A stretch of DNA of 63,066 bases, filler included, from Folioceros fuciformis (lineage: Eukaryota): the NCBI GenBank assembly GCA_049999805.1. It is 8 parts of 8 records of this genome, joined end to end, with 100 filler letters (N's around TTAATTAATTAA, not from the genome) between each part and the next. Parts side by side here need not be neighbours in the genome. Positions count along the whole stretch, not along the records: positions 33,763 to 45,100 come from JBNGIO010003466.1; positions 45,201 to 53,125 come from JBNGIO010003467.1; 6 more parts are not named here. One strand, written 5' to 3'. Each line of letters starts with the position of its first letter. Position 1 is the stretch's first letter. Below the pieces are notes generated by a model, which ran no database searches, was not told where the DNA came from, and worked only from the letters and a program-made list of their open reading frames with translations. Below, piece by piece: positions 40,377 to 51,217 of this stretch. The position numbers and the translations under genes are program-made.

Positions 40377-40582
40377 AGTTGGAAGACTACATGCGGAAGC
40401 GTGTCTTCTACACAAAAGTTTTAAACAAGAATAATTTAGAAGTACACTTAATTGTCTTTTATAGGTACCATCCTAAATGGTGTGTCCTTTCACTAGCCTA
40501 GCTAACTAACCCAACAGTTACTTTGCTAAGCTATCTAGACCTAAGGTTCCATAACTCAAGTGGACTGCTACCTCTTCTAACT
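40377..40582 (-). repeat. 3' LTR of the copia element (206 bp), preceded by PPT GAGAGGGAG (40583-40591), with TATA box at 40457-40463
   Basis: The PPT is directly adjacent. Terminal inverted repeat AGTTAGAAGA...TCTTCCAACT. Gypsy homology resumes exactly at 40376. Confidence 0.8.
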
Positions 40583-43500
40583 CTCCCTCTCAGTCACGTT
40601 AGAGTTATGAGAGCTCTTATAGAGATCAGTACTTGTGAAAGTCTCTTACTGTAAGCTATCTACTTCAGCTCGGCTGTCAAATCTTCCAGTCGCTGACACT
40701 GTCAAGAAGTCTGTCGCAGACGACAACCCTTACAGTAGCACACTAGTCATGACCCGAACAGAAGTAATACTCCAATTTCAATTATCCTTGCACTTGATGG
40801 GGTCAGAAGGGATATCTTCACCATGTCTTCAAATTTTCCTGAAAGACAAAACTACTACAATTTACAAGACCAAGTCCTTCCCTATGAAAACAGTGTCTGA
40901 ACTTAGGAAGTGACTTTGTCAAGACATCAGCCGTGTTAAGATCTGTAGGCACATACTGTATCTTTACTAAGCCCTTCTCAGTAGCATCCCTAACATAATG
41001 ATGTTGTATCTCGATGTGCTTAGTGCGGGCATGAAACACAGGATTAGCCACCAAGGCAATGGCTGACATACTATCACTATAAAGAATAGTGGGTCCCTTC
41101 TGATCCATTCCCAAATCCTCGCACAATTTCCTTTCCCACTCAGCCTCCTTCGTAGCTTCTGTCAATGCTTTATACTCGGACTCAGTAGAGGACAGAGAAA
41201 TAGAGGCTTGTTTCCTACAGGACCAATTTATCACTGTGGAACCAGCAAGGAAACAATATGCCGAAAGACTTTTGCGAGTATCAGCATCAGAAGCCCAATC
41301 AGCGTCTATGTAACAACTAAGCTGTAGATGCTTCTTCCCGCTGGGTTTGTAGCAGAGACCATAATTAGGAGTGCCCTTTAGGTATCGCATTATTCTTTTG
41401 ACTGCAACCCAGTGGTCTCTTCCTGGATTCTCAGAGAATTGAGCAACTGCATTCACAGTGTTAGATATGTCTGGTCTGGTCCAATTGCTAAGAAACATGA
41501 GTGTTCCTACTGCTATTCGATATGGCACACTCTCCATTTTCTTCTTATCCTCTTCAGACTGCGGACAGGATGACAAAGATAGCTTGACACCAACGGCACC
41601 TAGAGTGGCTGCTGCTTGTGCATTTTGTAGATTAAATTTCTTCAACATCCCTGCTGCATATCTGCCCTGATGAAGATAGATAGCTCTAGTGGATCTATCT
41701 TTGTGTACATGCATTCCAAGAATATACTTTACTTGACCAAGGTCTTTCATTTCAAACTCTTTACCGAGATCTACCTTAATTTGGTTAACCAGCTCCACAT
41801 TGTTGCCTAGAATGACCAAGTCATCCACATATAATGTTATTAATACAATTGAACCATCTTTTTGCAGTACATAGAGATTGGTATCTGACTCACATTGTAC
41901 AAAGCCAATCTTCTTAAGGTATGTATCAATTCGCTTGTACCATAGTCGTGGGCTTTGTTTGAGCCCATATATAGAACGAAGAAGTTTACACACCTTATAA
42001 GGATGTTTCTTATCCTCATAGTCCTCAGGCTGATCCATATAGATTTCTTCTTCTAAATGACCATACAGAAAGGCTGTGCAGACATCCAATTGATAGATGG
42101 TAAGGTTGAGTTTAGCGCAGAGGGCCAGAAGCATCTTAATAGATGCTGCTTTGACAACCGGAGAGTAAACCTGGTCACCCTGATAGTCTACTCCCTCTCG
42201 CTGACTATAACCCTTGGCTACCAACCTTGCTTTGTATCTTATCCGGGGTTCTACCTCTTGAAATTTGGTTTTTAGTACCCAAGTGTTATTTTTTTGCTAG
42301 AGAGTTGTACTCATCGTCAATAGCTAATTTCCACTTATCAGCGTCTGGTCTTGAATATGCTTCTCTAAGTGTGAGAGGATCTCCCTCTGAAAGAGCAGAG
42401 CTAGTAGCAAGAGAATACACAGTGGGATAGACCCCAATATAACCAGCTTGATTAAATTCTAGATCAAAAGGTTTTTCACCCCACAAATGTCTTGGTTGTC
42501 TCTGACGTGAAGGATACCTTCGCTCAGGTACACTAGCATCTGTCTTCTGAGGCGAAATGTGAACATCTGCTGCAGGTATATCATGAGGAAGATCCATATC
42601 TTGAGCAGTACCCATGGAGCCTTCACCTTCATCTTCCCCCCCTCGAGCAGAAACCGGAGAAGCCGAAGTTGCTGGTGATGAAGGATCCAATGGTATAGAA
42701 CCATCAGGAAATGAGGAAGAAGGGAGGTCAAAGGAGACATGGACATCGTCAAGAGGACGAGGACTACTTGGCGGAGAACGGTCATCCTTGTCACCATCAA
42801 GAATGGGGCCAAGAGACAGAACATAACCTTCATCAAAAGTAATCGTTCGTGCATAGACTGGAGTATGAGAGTGAGGATCAACTAGCTTATAAGCCTTGCA
42901 TGCCTCCCCGTAGCCAACAAACACAAGTTTCCGCGCTCGAGAAGAAAGCTTGTTGCAGAGTGGGGAAGGGACATAGGCATAGGCGGGAGAGCCAAAAACC
43001 CGAAGATGGGAAATAAGTGGCTTGTAACTAAACCAGCATTCAAAAGGAGTACGGCTAGCTACTGCCTTTGTAAGAAGCCGGTTCTTTATATAAGTAGTGG
43101 TGGAAATGGCCTCAGCCCAAAAAGACTTCGGCAGACGAGATTGGGCTAGCATAGCCCTGGCCATGGCAAGAAGATCACCATTGGCCTTCTCCGCAACGCC
43201 ATTCTGAGCAGAAGTGTAGGGAACCGTGAACTACCGGGTAATCCCTCGTTCTTCACAGAATGCTTGGAAGAGCCAATTGTTGAGTTCCCCTGCATTGTTA
43301 GAACGAATGCACCGCAGCTTACACCCAGTGTGCAGCTCAGCCATCGAGACAAAGGGTTGGAACACACCAAAGGAGTCACTCTTCAAACGGAGCGGATACA
43401 CAAATGAATAACGAGAATAATCATCTACGATTGTCATAAAATGGCGGGCTCCGCCTAAAGAAGTGACAGGAAGAGGTCCACACAAATCAACGTGAACTAT

Positions 43501-45100
43501 TTCCAAGGGCTGAGATGCCCTGTGAGCAGGAAGACTAGAGTAAGGTGCACTTCTCTGCTTGGCCAACACACAGGCTTCACAGAATGGTGGAGTCTTGGCC
43601 AAGGCGGGAAGCTTGTCACGATAGAGATCCTGCATGGACATGGCAAGTAACTTGGCAGAGTTAAGATGCCCAAGCCTACAGTGCCATAAGAAGGCTGGCC
43701 CGGAGGACTGGTGCCTAGCGTGTGGTGCATCCTTGGTAGTAGCCACAGCCGCAGTGCTAGAAGAATACACAAGGGTGCCGGAGAAAATATAGAGATCACT
43801 CTGGAGATGTCCTCGTGCTACCACTTGATGGGGCGTGGAGGATCGATAGAGTAGACAGTTCTCTTTGCCAAACTCTAGTTTATAAAGACCATCGTTCATA
43901 AGATGTCGAACGGAGATAAGGTTCTTTGCCATTTGCGGAACATGAAGTACATTCGTCAGCAGAAGTGTGGATTTATCTTCTAATGTAAAGGTCACATTCC
44001 CTGTGCCGTGTATGGCAAGACTAGAATCATCTCCTAATAGGACATACTGAAGAGGATCAGGTGACGCTGCATAGGAAGTAAACATATACTTGGAACTACA
44101 AATATGAGCAGTAGCTACGGAGTCAATAAGCCACGATGTCTTTAAAGCCGATGCAACTAGGCACACTGTAAGAGCAATCTTTGGTTTCGTCTGAGACTTG
44201 GCCTTAGGAAGAACAGCCGTATTGGCGGACTTGGGCTCCCTCTTAGCCTCACCAGCTTGCTTCTTCCTGCACTCCCTCTCCCAATGGCCCAGAATTTGAC
44301 ACCAGTTACAAGTGCCTTGTCGCTTCTAGGTCTTGGAGGTAGAGGCAGAAGAAGCAGATTTTGGGTGATTGTTAGAAGTCATCCGCTTTGTGGGATTGTC
44401 TCTTCTCTTAGACTGATGTTGAGACCGCCCTCGTGTCACGAACATCACTCGCTCACCACCATGCTTAGATGTGCCAGTATTATAGCGAGAAACCTCCTCT
44501 TGTAGGAGCGCCCCAGCAATCTTGGACACAGTAAGTGTGGATTGACCACCAGCCGCCAATGCTCGCTGAGAGTTACGGACCGACTGGTTGTGTGAAGAGA
44601 CAAAAGATTGATAGCTAGCCGGAAGACTAGCCAGCAATTGTACAGCGGCATCGAACTCAGACATAGTAGTGCCTAGTGCAGCCAATTGTGCCCGGAGGTA
44701 ACGAAAACGACTCACATGGTGGGCAATACTATCGCCTGGTTGCATACAAAGAGTATAGAACTCCTGGCGCACAGTGACCAGGGTCATCACATTGGTGGAT
44801 TGATAAATATCATTTATCTGCTTCCACGCTTTTGTTGCTGTAGTTGCACCATCGGTATGGTGTAACGTAGTCTCGTCAAGACCAGATATTAACATATGCA
44901 TGGCTTGACGATCAAGTTTTAACCACTTCGACAGCCAACTGAGGTGCCAGAGGCTTGGGGGAAGTTCCTTCCACGATAGAAAGCAAATCTCGTGTATTCA
45001 AGGCTGTTTTCATACGGCGAGACCAGACTTCAAACTTTGTACCGTTTAAAACGGTCTTTTTCTTTGAAATCAGTTGATACGTTCATCACATTTATCACTG
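40377..45100 (-). mobile_element. Ty1/copia LTR retrotransposon, inactivated; 5' end cut at spacer
   Basis: Domain order is gag (CNWCQILGHWEREC), protease (WLIDSVATAHI), integrase (WHCRLGH, CEAC, HVDLCGP, RSNNAGE), RT (QLDVCTAFLYG, LYVDD), RNase H (DADWA, RTKHIEIQHHYVRD). In-frame stops at ~44326 and 43231, a frameshift at ~42290, and the integrase second Asp changed to Asn. Confidence 0.97.
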
Positions 45101-45809
45101 NNNNNNNNNNNNNNNNNNNNNNNNNNNNNNNNNNNNNNNNNNNNTTAATTAATTAANNNNNNNNNNNNNNNNNNNNNNNNNNNNNNNNNNNNNNNNNNNN
45201 CTAGAATGTAGTAGTAAATTACCAAATAATATAGGGTACTTTTCAATAATTTTACTTTTATAAGAAAAAAAAAAGAAAAAAGATGTATAGATTAATATTA
45301 TTTTGTATTAATATTATATTTTTATGATATTTTTTATTATTTTCACTCGTATACAGAAACATTATATTATTTTTATTGATGTTACTTTTGAAGATCAAAT
45401 TCTTCTCAACTGTATTCACTCTCATATAAACCCTAAACCCTAAACTCTCATATATTAGTTAAGTACATTTTTTCAGGTCATTACCTTCCTTAAGAGACCT
45501 CTCCACTATTGATTTTACTCTTACATATCATTAGTTTGTATCAATGTTACTCCCTCATTAGTTGTGTATCTTCCCTCTCACTCTACCCTAGCCCTACATT
45601 AAGGGGTGTTCAACTTAGTACTATGAAGAGCTCACTCATCTTAGGTAGTATAGTATTGTATGGCGTGGTCTAGAATGTTAATTGTCTTTTGTTTCTCAAC
45701 TACCTACCATGCACATGTTTGTGTTTTTGAAATTTTGCTCTCGANNNNNNNNNNCTCCCTTAAAGTGAAGTTGGAAGGGAGATTTGAGGCTAAGTGTAAA
45801 CGTTCTGGG

Positions 45810-46005
45810 TTGAACGTAGGAGAGAGAGCAAAACAAAATGTATTGAATTAATTAAGAATAAAGTCTCATGTGTCTCCTTTATATCTAAACCTAATCACGA
45901 ACTGTCTCATGATCAATGGTCACGTACGATCTCTAAACAATAACCTAAGCGAGTGTAGGTTAACTTATATGTACATATGCGTATATATTCTAACACTCCC
46001 TCAAG
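45810..46005 (-). mobile_element. Remnant of another copia-type 3' LTR with PPT (lower boundary approximate)
   Basis: Minus strand reads CTTGAGGGAG then TGTTAGAA, the canonical PPT plus TG start, at 45995. Confidence 0.55.
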
Positions 46006-46329
46006 CTTGACGAGCTTAGAGTCGTGCATTCACATGGTTTGGAATTCATTACACGCCACCCACCAAACTCAAGTGCAAACGTACTGGAGCTCATAAGATG
46101 GTGGTCTTCCTTCTTGTCGCCGCCCTCATTGCCATCATCCAGCTCGCCTGCAACACAATCACACAACTCCTGTTGTGCATCGCCATGTCAACAGCAAGTG
46201 ATATGAGTTGCTTGCAAGCCGAATCTACGACGAAGGCTAAAGGGAAGAGACTTGCCCGACAGAGGACACCACCGCTACCAACTAGGAAGAGCCCTAGGTT
46301 GCACAAGGTACCTCGTCTAGGATCTCGTC

Positions 46330-47297
46330 AGTGAAAGGCAGAGGATACTTGTCCTTCACCGTTGCCTTGTTTAGTTCTCGAAAGTCTACACACATCCGAA
46401 TCTTCCCATTCTTCTTCATTCAGAATGGGGGACACCCATTCTGGCTCTCCTATAGGCTCGATGCAACCAGCTTCTAAGAGTCGCTCTACCTCTTCCTTCA
46501 CCTCCTGCATGTGTTTGGGGGACAACCTTCGTAATTTTTGCATTTTGGGTTTCGTGTCGGCAGGGATGTTGATGCGAAACTCCCCCAGGTTGGTGGCTGG
46601 CATCTCCACGTGCTCTATAATGAAGACATCATGAAATTTGGAAAACAAGGCTTGGTATCGTTTCAACTCCTCACCATGAAGTTGGGCCCCTACCCTTGCT
46701 GTTTTCTCCCGGCCATAAGGAGTTGGAAACTTGAGCTCTTAAGTAGCTGGGTATGCCACAAAGAACGTTGGTTCCACCTTATCTATCGCCATCCTGATTG
46801 ATAGAGCGTGCAGCACTTCTGCATCGGAATTGAATGATTCCGAATCTTGGTCCATGTCGAGCTCAAAGTCATCCTCCTCATATATCGTTGCTTCCCCTTC
46901 ACTTCCTGTACTCCCTGAATCGCTGGTAGTTGCAGAGCCCCTCATCTCCACCTCTGCAGGTTTCCAAGATGGAATCTGGATTCGTTTTCGTGTTAGTCCA
47001 ATCTCTAGGATACCCGTGTCCCAATCATGACTTCCCTTCACTAGCTCCAACCAGGGCTGACCGAAGATGATTCCATAAGCATGTTCAGGAACCTCAACCA
47101 CAACGAACCCCATGGATACCTTTACTCCTTCCACTACGACCTTTACTCCGTCTATAATCCCTTTCACAGGCAGCAGCGGGATGTTAGAAGCATTCTTGAA
47201 TACCTTTTTACAAGGCCTAAGCTTGGCGTCCTGCAAATTGAGTCGGGCAAGCCACTTATCATTCAAAATGTTTGTTGAGGCTCCACCATCCACAATC
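46330..47297 (-). mobile_element. Ty3/gypsy pol fragment: aspartic protease plus RT N-terminus, frameshifted
   Basis: IVDGGASTNIL, IIFGQPWL, EVKEEVERLLEAGCIEPIGEPEWVSPI, then KKNGKIRMCVDFRELNKATVKDKYPLP in another frame. Confidence 0.9.
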
Positions 47298-47314
47298 CTT
47301 CCGCCTTTTGTAGA

Positions 47315-47401
47315 TCTCCTACCTTCAGAGAACTGCAGAAGTCTCTCCTACCTTCAGAGAACTGCAGAAGTCTCTCCTACCTATAGAGAACTGCAGAAGT
47401 C
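47315..47401 (+). repeat. 29-bp tandem repeat x3
   Basis: tctcctaccttcagagaactgcagaagtc at 47315, 47344 and 47373. Confidence 0.9.
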
Positions 47402-48025
47402 CCAGCAGCTTCTTCCTTTGTTTCTCCCACCATGTAATTGCCATGTTGTGTATAGTATACTCATTAAAAAAAATCTACACAAAAAGAAAAACTTCAAATT
47501 TTGACCAAATCCTGTTTTCTTTTCCTTAGGTATTGCCCTTGCCACGAGGAGAAGGAAGGTCTCCTTTAAAAATCCATTTTTATACATAAAACCTTCATTT
47601 TCTCCTTTCTATATATAATATATTATCATTATTATAAATAATTAATAATTACTTGAAGTGTTTGAGCGATGGCTCAAATCGCTTCCATCACGCATCGCAT
47701 CTTTGCTATCCATAGCCAATAGTTGAGGAGGGAATGCCATACACCTCTCAGTCGCGAAGTTAGTTCCTCGTTCGAGGCGGCCTGCATTAATCAAGGAGGC
47801 AAATCAATGGATCCATATCACTTTCAGGGACTTGAAGTGGTTGGTCGAGGTAGATTTGTGATCCCGGTGGGTCCCCTTCCCCTGGTGCCTTGCGTATAAC
47901 ACGCGTGGGTGGTAGATATACAGGCCCCGGAGGCTGACGCACGTATTGCTTCTCAAAGCTCGTTGTTCTGTGGGTAGATTCAATTCCAGAAAAAAGCTTC
48001 CGGTACCTTTCATTGCTGGGATCGG

Positions 48026-51000
48026 TCAAGATTCAGGGGGTTCCAACGATGGCGTTTCGGTTTGAAAAGAAGAAAACTTGTCAAGAATGCTCTGTGCCTC
48101 CTCTGGACTGCCACACCTAATATACATGTCCATCAATGATCTCCTTAAAGACTGACGGTACTCTAACCCGCATTCCGTTACCTCAGCGTGAAGCTGTTTA
48201 CCAACTGCGAGGTCTTCTGGACTTGAACACCTTTTAAGAATGTGGAGAAAAATTTCTTCATTAGGCTTGACCCCTTCGACCTGCATTTGCTGAAAGAGCT
48301 TAAGAAGATAGGGTGGGGACCCAGACTGAGCATGGCCTTCAAACATGGCACTCCACGAGTCTACGTTTCGATTGGGCAGAGTTTCAAAAACTTGCTGGGC
48401 ATCCACCAGACTCTTACACTTCACGTACATACTGATGAGGGCGTTGCTGGTGAACAGCTCACCCTCATATCCAGATTCCTTGATGCGCTCATGCACCTCC
48501 CTGCCTTCCTTTAGAGCTGATGCAGCACCACATGCGTTCAACAAAAGCCCAAAGGTTGCAGAGTTTTCCTTAAAACCTTGACGCCCCATTTGCTGAAAAA
48601 GAGTCAAGGCTTCCCTAAGCTGCTTGTGCAGTGTATATCCTTTGATCATCGTGTTCCAAGAGATCACCTCCTTTTCACGCATACCGTCGAAAACTTTCCG
48701 TGCTTCAGAGGTGCTCCCACACTTACAGTACATGTCAATCAGGGCGTTCCCAACATACACATCAAAATCAAATCCACTTTGCATGATCTCATTATGAAGC
48801 TGCTTCCCAAGATCCAGCGAACCTAGGCTGCCACAGGCCCCGAGGATGTTCACAAAAGTCACTTGGTTTGGCTTTACGCCCGAAACTTTCATCAGCCGAT
48901 ACATAACAAAGGCTTCCTCCTCTAGGCCACAATATGAGTAAGCTCCAATCATTGCCGTCCAAGAAAACACATTCTGTAGTGGCATCCTGTCAAACACTTG
49001 GCGAGCGTCTTCAATGCTCCCACATTTTCCATACATCGACACCAGGGCAGTTCCAACAAACAAGTCAGTACCTGAACCGTTGCTCAGTAAGTGAGAATGA
49101 ATCCTCCTGCCATCCTCGAGGGCACTCGGTCGGTTACACACATTCAGAACACTAGCGAAAGTGACTTCGTTAGGCCTTACACCCTCTCTCTGCATCTGCC
49201 AGAACAGTCTCAATGCCTCCTTTGGACGGCCACCACGTGCATACCCACTGATGAGTGCTGTCCAACAGACCACACTACTGTGACCAGACATCTGCACAAA
49301 AGCTTCCCGAGCATCGTCAAGAGACCCACATTTTGCATACATGTTAACGAGAGAAGTCCCCAAAAAAGTATCCAGCTCCAGTCCTTTCTTCTTGATGTAA
49401 GCATGCACTCGCTTGCCCTCCTGCAAGTTCAACGTCTGTGCGCAAGCATTGAGTACACCGACCAGGGTAATCTCATTTGGTTCCATACCCTGAGACTCCA
49501 TCTGCCTAAATAATTGCAGTGCCTCACCTGGCAGCCCATGCTGGACGCATCCAGCAATAAGAGCAGTCCAAGTGACTATATTTCGTTCAGGCATCTTGTC
49601 AAACACTTGACGTGCCTCTGCCAAACTCCCGCATTTGGAGTACATCGAAACGAGACCAGTACCAACATACAGGTTACAATCGTCCCCAGTTCCAAGAATC
49701 CTGCTGTGGAGCTGCCTGCCCAATTCTAGAGATGCAAGTTTTGCACAGGCTGTCACAACGCTGCACGTTGTCACGGAGTCAGGGACGCGACCTTCATCCT
49801 GCATCTGGTAGAACATATTCACAGCTTCCTCCGAGCGCCCTTTGAACACAAGGGCCCCAATCAGGATGTTCCATGTGATAACGTCTCGAATGGGCATTTT
49901 CTTAAATACTTGAAGGGCAGCATCAATGTCCCCTCTTTTGACATGCATGTCCACCAGAGCCGTTCCCACAAAGACGTCAGTTTCATAGCCGTATTTCACA
50001 GCCAGTGATTGTATCTTGTTGCCCTGGTCTACAGCTCCTAGACTAGTACATGCGTTCAGTATGTGCACGAACGTGAACTGATCTGGACTTAGTCCCTCCT
50101 CTTGCATCTGGGCGAACAACCTCAAAGCTTCACCACCATTTCCGTCATGGGCATAGCTGCCGAGCATTGCATTCCACGCTACAGTATCACGTGATGCCAT
50201 CTGATCAAAGACTTCACGTGCATCTTTTACACAACCACACTTCGTGTATGCTGACAGCAAAGCAGTTTGAACAATGACATGAGTTTCAAAGTTATACTTC
50301 TTGAGCTGTTTGTGTACTTTCTTCACAGAACGTAGGTCGTCACACGTGTTGATCAGGTTGACGAAGGAAACCGGATCTGGCTTCATGCCCTGTTGGAGCA
50401 TTTCATCGAAGAGCCCAAAGGCCTTGCTGTTGAGTCCCTGTCGTGCATACCCTCCGATCATGGAATTCCATGCTACAACATCTCGTTCAGGCATTGCATC
50501 AAATACCTGGCGAGCCTCGTCTATGCTGCCACACTTGGCATACATATCCACCACAGTGTTTGCAACATAGTTTTCAGTATGCAAACCAGCTTTGATCGCC
50601 AGCTCATGAAGCTCCTTCCCCTCCTTGAGAAGTCTCAGAGTCCCACACACACTGAGGATGCTCACGAACGTATATTTATCCCCCTCCAGACCCTCTTCAC
50701 GCATCTGCTGGAACAACCTCATAGCCTCCCTGGGCTGCTGTTCCTGCACATAACCGTCAATAATCACAGCGTACGTGACTGTGTTCTTCTCAAGCAGACT
50801 GTCAAATACCTCGTGAGCTTCTTTCATCCTCCCACACTTGACATACATCCAGACAAGTGTGGTCCCTAAAAAAACATCTGGCTTGTAGCCTATACTTATA
50901 ATATGACTATGAACCAGCTTACCATCTGCCAACAGCTTCAGCTTGGTGCAACGTTGGAGAAGACGGACACAGGCAGCTGAGAATACCAAGTCCGGGTCCA

Positions 51001-51217
51001 ACCTGTGGTCTATAGAGCGCACCACTTGCAGGGCCTCCTCAAACCGTCCCTCATCACACAATTTTTTGACTCGCTTTGGTACAGCTCGCTGCAACAATGG
51101 AACAGGAGGAGAGCTCACCGGCGAAGGCACACTCATAGAAGAACGAGGCCTAGTCGAAGAAGGAGGCCTCAAAAAAGGGCCAGCATTGTACACCTGTGGC
51201 AAGTAGCAAGAAAACAT
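48026..51217 (-). CDS. Intronless PLS-class pentatricopeptide repeat protein (~1063 aa), no DYW domain
   Basis: Ser/Pro-rich targeting peptide, then many P-L-S triplets (LVSMYSKCGSLAEARQVFDKMPERNIVTWTALIAG). No HxE/CxxC deaminase motif. Confidence 0.95.
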   Translation of the reverse strand: MFSCYLPQVYNAGPFLRPPSSTRPRSSMSVPSPVSSPPVPLLQRAVPKRVKKLCDEGRFEEALQVVRSIDHRLDPDLVFSAACVRLLQRCTKLKLLADGKLVHSHIISIGYKPDVFLGTTLVWMYVKCGRMKEAHEVFDSLLEKNTVTYAVIIDGYVQEQQPREAMRLFQQMREEGLEGDKYTFVSILSVCGTLRLLKEGKELHELAIKAGLHTENYVANTVVDMYAKCGSIDEARQVFDAMPERDVVAWNSMIGGYARQGLNSKAFGLFDEMLQQGMKPDPVSFVNLINTCDDLRSVKKVHKQLKKYNFETHVIVQTALLSAYTKCGCVKDAREVFDQMASRDTVAWNAMLGSYAHDGNGGEALRLFAQMQEEGLSPDQFTFVHILNACTSLGAVDQGNKIQSLAVKYGYETDVFVGTALVDMHVKRGDIDAALQVFKKMPIRDVITWNILIGALVFKGRSEEAVNMFYQMQDEGRVPDSVTTCSVVTACAKLASLELGRQLHSRILGTGDDCNLYVGTGLVSMYSKCGSLAEARQVFDKMPERNIVTWTALIAGCVQHGLPGEALQLFRQMESQGMEPNEITLVGVLNACAQTLNLQEGKRVHAYIKKKGLELDTFLGTSLVNMYAKCGSLDDAREAFVQMSGHSSVVCWTALISGYARGGRPKEALRLFWQMQREGVRPNEVTFASVLNVCNRPSALEDGRRIHSHLLSNGSGTDLFVGTALVSMYGKCGSIEDARQVFDRMPLQNVFSWTAMIGAYSYCGLEEEAFVMYRLMKVSGVKPNQVTFVNILGACGSLGSLDLGKQLHNEIMQSGFDFDVYVGNALIDMYCKCGSTSEARKVFDGMREKEVISWNTMIKGYTLHKQLREALTLFQQMGRQGFKENSATFGLLLNACGAASALKEGREVHERIKESGYEGELFTSNALISMYVKCKSLVDAQQVFETLPNRNVDSWSAMFEGHAQSGSPPYLLKLFQQMQVEGVKPNEEIFLHILKRCSSPEDLAVGKQLHAEVTECGLEYRQSLRRSLMDMYIRCGSPEEAQSILDKFSSFQTETPSLEPPES

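Noticed and set aside
45428..45444. AAACCCTAAACCCTAAA as a telomere
   Set aside because: Only two units; interstitial telo-like motifs are common.
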